Shown here: positions 62,986 to 64,000 of the stretch, in pieces
Layout: each line of letters opens with the position of its first letter
How positions within the stretch are numbered: the stretch's first letter is position 1
Assembly: GCA_963710955.1 (NCBI GenBank)
Contig: CAVQCK010000001.1
Coordinates: forward strand, 204,920 to 268,919
Reading direction: 5' to 3'
Source of the DNA: an uncultured Actinomycetes bacterium
GTDB lineage: Bacteria > Actinomycetota > Thermoleophilia > Solirubrobacterales > 70-9
DNA length: 64,000 bases
Program-made: the position numbers and the translations under genes
Notes under the pieces: generated by a model
Told to the model about the DNA's origin: nothing
Database searches by the model: none
What the model saw: only the letters and a program-made list of their open reading frames with translations

Positions 62986-63204
62986 ATGGCGACCGCCGGG
63001 ATCCTCCCGCATTCGATCGGTCCCTACGTGTCGCTCATGATCGCGGGCTTCGCGCTCGCGATCTTCGGCCACATCTTCCGCGCGCGATGGCTCGTGGCGG
63101 TCGGGATCATCCTCATCTTCCTCGCCACGCTCGCACTCCCCCTCGCACTGAACGTCACCACGGAGAAGCCGGATGCGCCCGGCCCGCTCCCCAACCCCTA
63201 CTGA
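62986..63204 (+). CDS. Small two-TM membrane protein (72 aa)
   Basis: High-GC3 hydrophobic ORF. A GATAAT box at 62974-62979 lies exactly 6 nt before the ATG (leaderless geometry). Confidence 0.5.
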   Translation: MATAGILPHSIGPYVSLMIAGFALAIFGHIFRARWLVAVGIILIFLATLALPLALNVTTEKPDAPGPLPNPY

Positions 63205-63229
63205 GCCGGTAGCTGAGAGGATCGGCACC

Positions 63230-63994
63230 GTGGGACGTCTGGACGAGATGGACCTGTCCAAGTCGCTCAGCCGCAAGGAGGAGGAGCGCGCGCTCGACCG
63301 TGGCTGGGAGCGGCTGGCCCAGCTGCGCCTGACCCTGGGGGGCCTGATCGGCGACCACAAGCTCGGCCCGCCTCTCTGTGTGATCTTCGAGGGCTGGGAC
63401 GCGTCGGGAAAGGGCGGTGCGATCAAGCGGCTCGTGGCGCAGCTCGACCCGCGTCACGTGCGGGTCGTGCAGTTCGCCGCCCCGACGCCGGACGAGAAGC
63501 GCCACCACTTCCTCTCGCGGTTCTCCCCGGCGCTGCCCGGCTGGGGCGGCATGGCCGTGTTCGACCGCTCCTGGTACGGGCGGGTCCTGGTCGAGAGGGT
63601 CGAGGAGCTCGCCACCCGCGAGCAGTGGCTGCGCGCCTATGACGAGATCAACGGGTACGAGCGCAGTCTCTCCGACGAGGGGATGATCGTGGTGAAGTTC
63701 TGGCTGCACATCTCCGCGGACGAGCAGCTGAAGCGCTTCAAGGAGCGTGAGAGCGACCCGTTGAAGACCTGGAAGCTCACCGGCGACGACTGGCGCAACC
63801 GCGACAAGCACGACGCCTACACCGAGGCGGTGGAGGACATGCTCGCCCGTACCGACCAGCCGAACGCCCCGTGGGAGTTGGTCGAGGCCGACTCGAAGCG
63901 CTACGCGCGGGTCAAGGTCGTCGAGCGGGTCATCGAGCGAATCGAGGACGGCATGCGTAAGTGGGGCATGGAGCCGCCCAAACCCCTGGAATGA
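63230..63994 (+). CDS. Polyphosphate kinase 2 (PPK2) family protein
   Basis: VIFEGWDASGKGGAIKRL (Walker A-like), FDRSWYGRVLVERV. GTG at 63230 after a GAGAGGA Shine-Dalgarno. Confidence 0.9.
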   Translation: MGRLDEMDLSKSLSRKEEERALDRGWERLAQLRLTLGGLIGDHKLGPPLCVIFEGWDASGKGGAIKRLVAQLDPRHVRVVQFAAPTPDEKRHHFLSRFSPALPGWGGMAVFDRSWYGRVLVERVEELATREQWLRAYDEINGYERSLSDEGMIVVKFWLHISADEQLKRFKERESDPLKTWKLTGDDWRNRDKHDAYTEAVEDMLARTDQPNAPWELVEADSKRYARVKVVERVIERIEDGMRKWGMEPPKPLE

Positions 63995-64000
63995 CAGCGC

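Noticed and set aside
1-64000. Searched by eye for CRISPR arrays, tRNA/rRNA genes, transposases, integrases and long terminal inverted repeats
   Set aside because: I found no regularly spaced repeats, no GGTTCGAAT-type T-loop contexts in intergenic regions, no rRNA-like stretches, and no transposase- or integrase-like ORFs. GC content shows only short intergenic dips, so there is no island signature.

Overview
This is a gene-dense, very GC-rich (roughly 70% or more) chromosomal segment with genes on both strands. I call about 60 protein-coding genes. I found no rRNA, tRNA, CRISPR array, transposase or integrase. The GC content, a delta-60-repeat protein, an mIHF-like gene, HemQ and leaderless-type promoters point to Actinomycetota, possibly Thermoleophilia or Rubrobacteria-like; that taxonomic call is inference only. 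Because of the GC bias, the six-frame track holds many long spurious ORFs, either antisense or with false N-terminal extensions. I re-called starts using ATGA, GTGA and TGATG stop/start overlaps, Shine-Dalgarno sequences, and -10 boxes placed 6-8 nt upstream of start codons.

Gene content in order:
- a sugar-modification pair (epimerase and DegT aminotransferase)
- two acyl-CoA dehydrogenases and clpP
- an SRPBCC-ArsR pair
- a tightly coupled operon: enoyl-CoA hydratase, carboxyltransferase, BKACE, OsmC, CoA-transferase, MerR
- an MscS channel
- a nitrilase-TetR operon and an alpha/beta hydrolase
- a DUF4235 / holin-like / DUF3618 triad and an AI-2E transporter
- DegV, an epimerase, a glutaredoxin-like protein and IscA
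- a delta-60 repeat protein
- a hemQ-fprA-bolA-grx4 operon
- envelope genes: an AlkP-like membrane protein and a GT4-flippase fusion
- metE and a split putA
- three tandem PQQ-type sugar dehydrogenase (GSDH) paralogs
- a YrbE-YrbE-Mkl ABC module with no MCE proteins, followed by an MMPL transporter
- an alpha-oxoamine synthase divergent from a large GNAT
- alkA
- a ThiZXY-like ABC operon, a MoxR-VWA pair and PPK2

Main second-look items:
1. A clear TPP riboswitch lies upstream of the ThiZXY-like operon.
2. Five otherwise intact genes each carry a single frame-breaking lesion. One lesion is an unambiguous 10-bp tandem duplication.
3. The third GSDH paralog encodes a perfect lipoprotein signal peptide with no canonical start codon, next to a 15-bp tandem duplication.
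4. A related inverted-repeat module occurs at about 50.2 kb and about 60.6 kb.
5. A TAGACT -10 box recurs, and several genes have leaderless geometry.
6. The BKACE-centred acyl-CoA operon lacks a biotin carboxylase.
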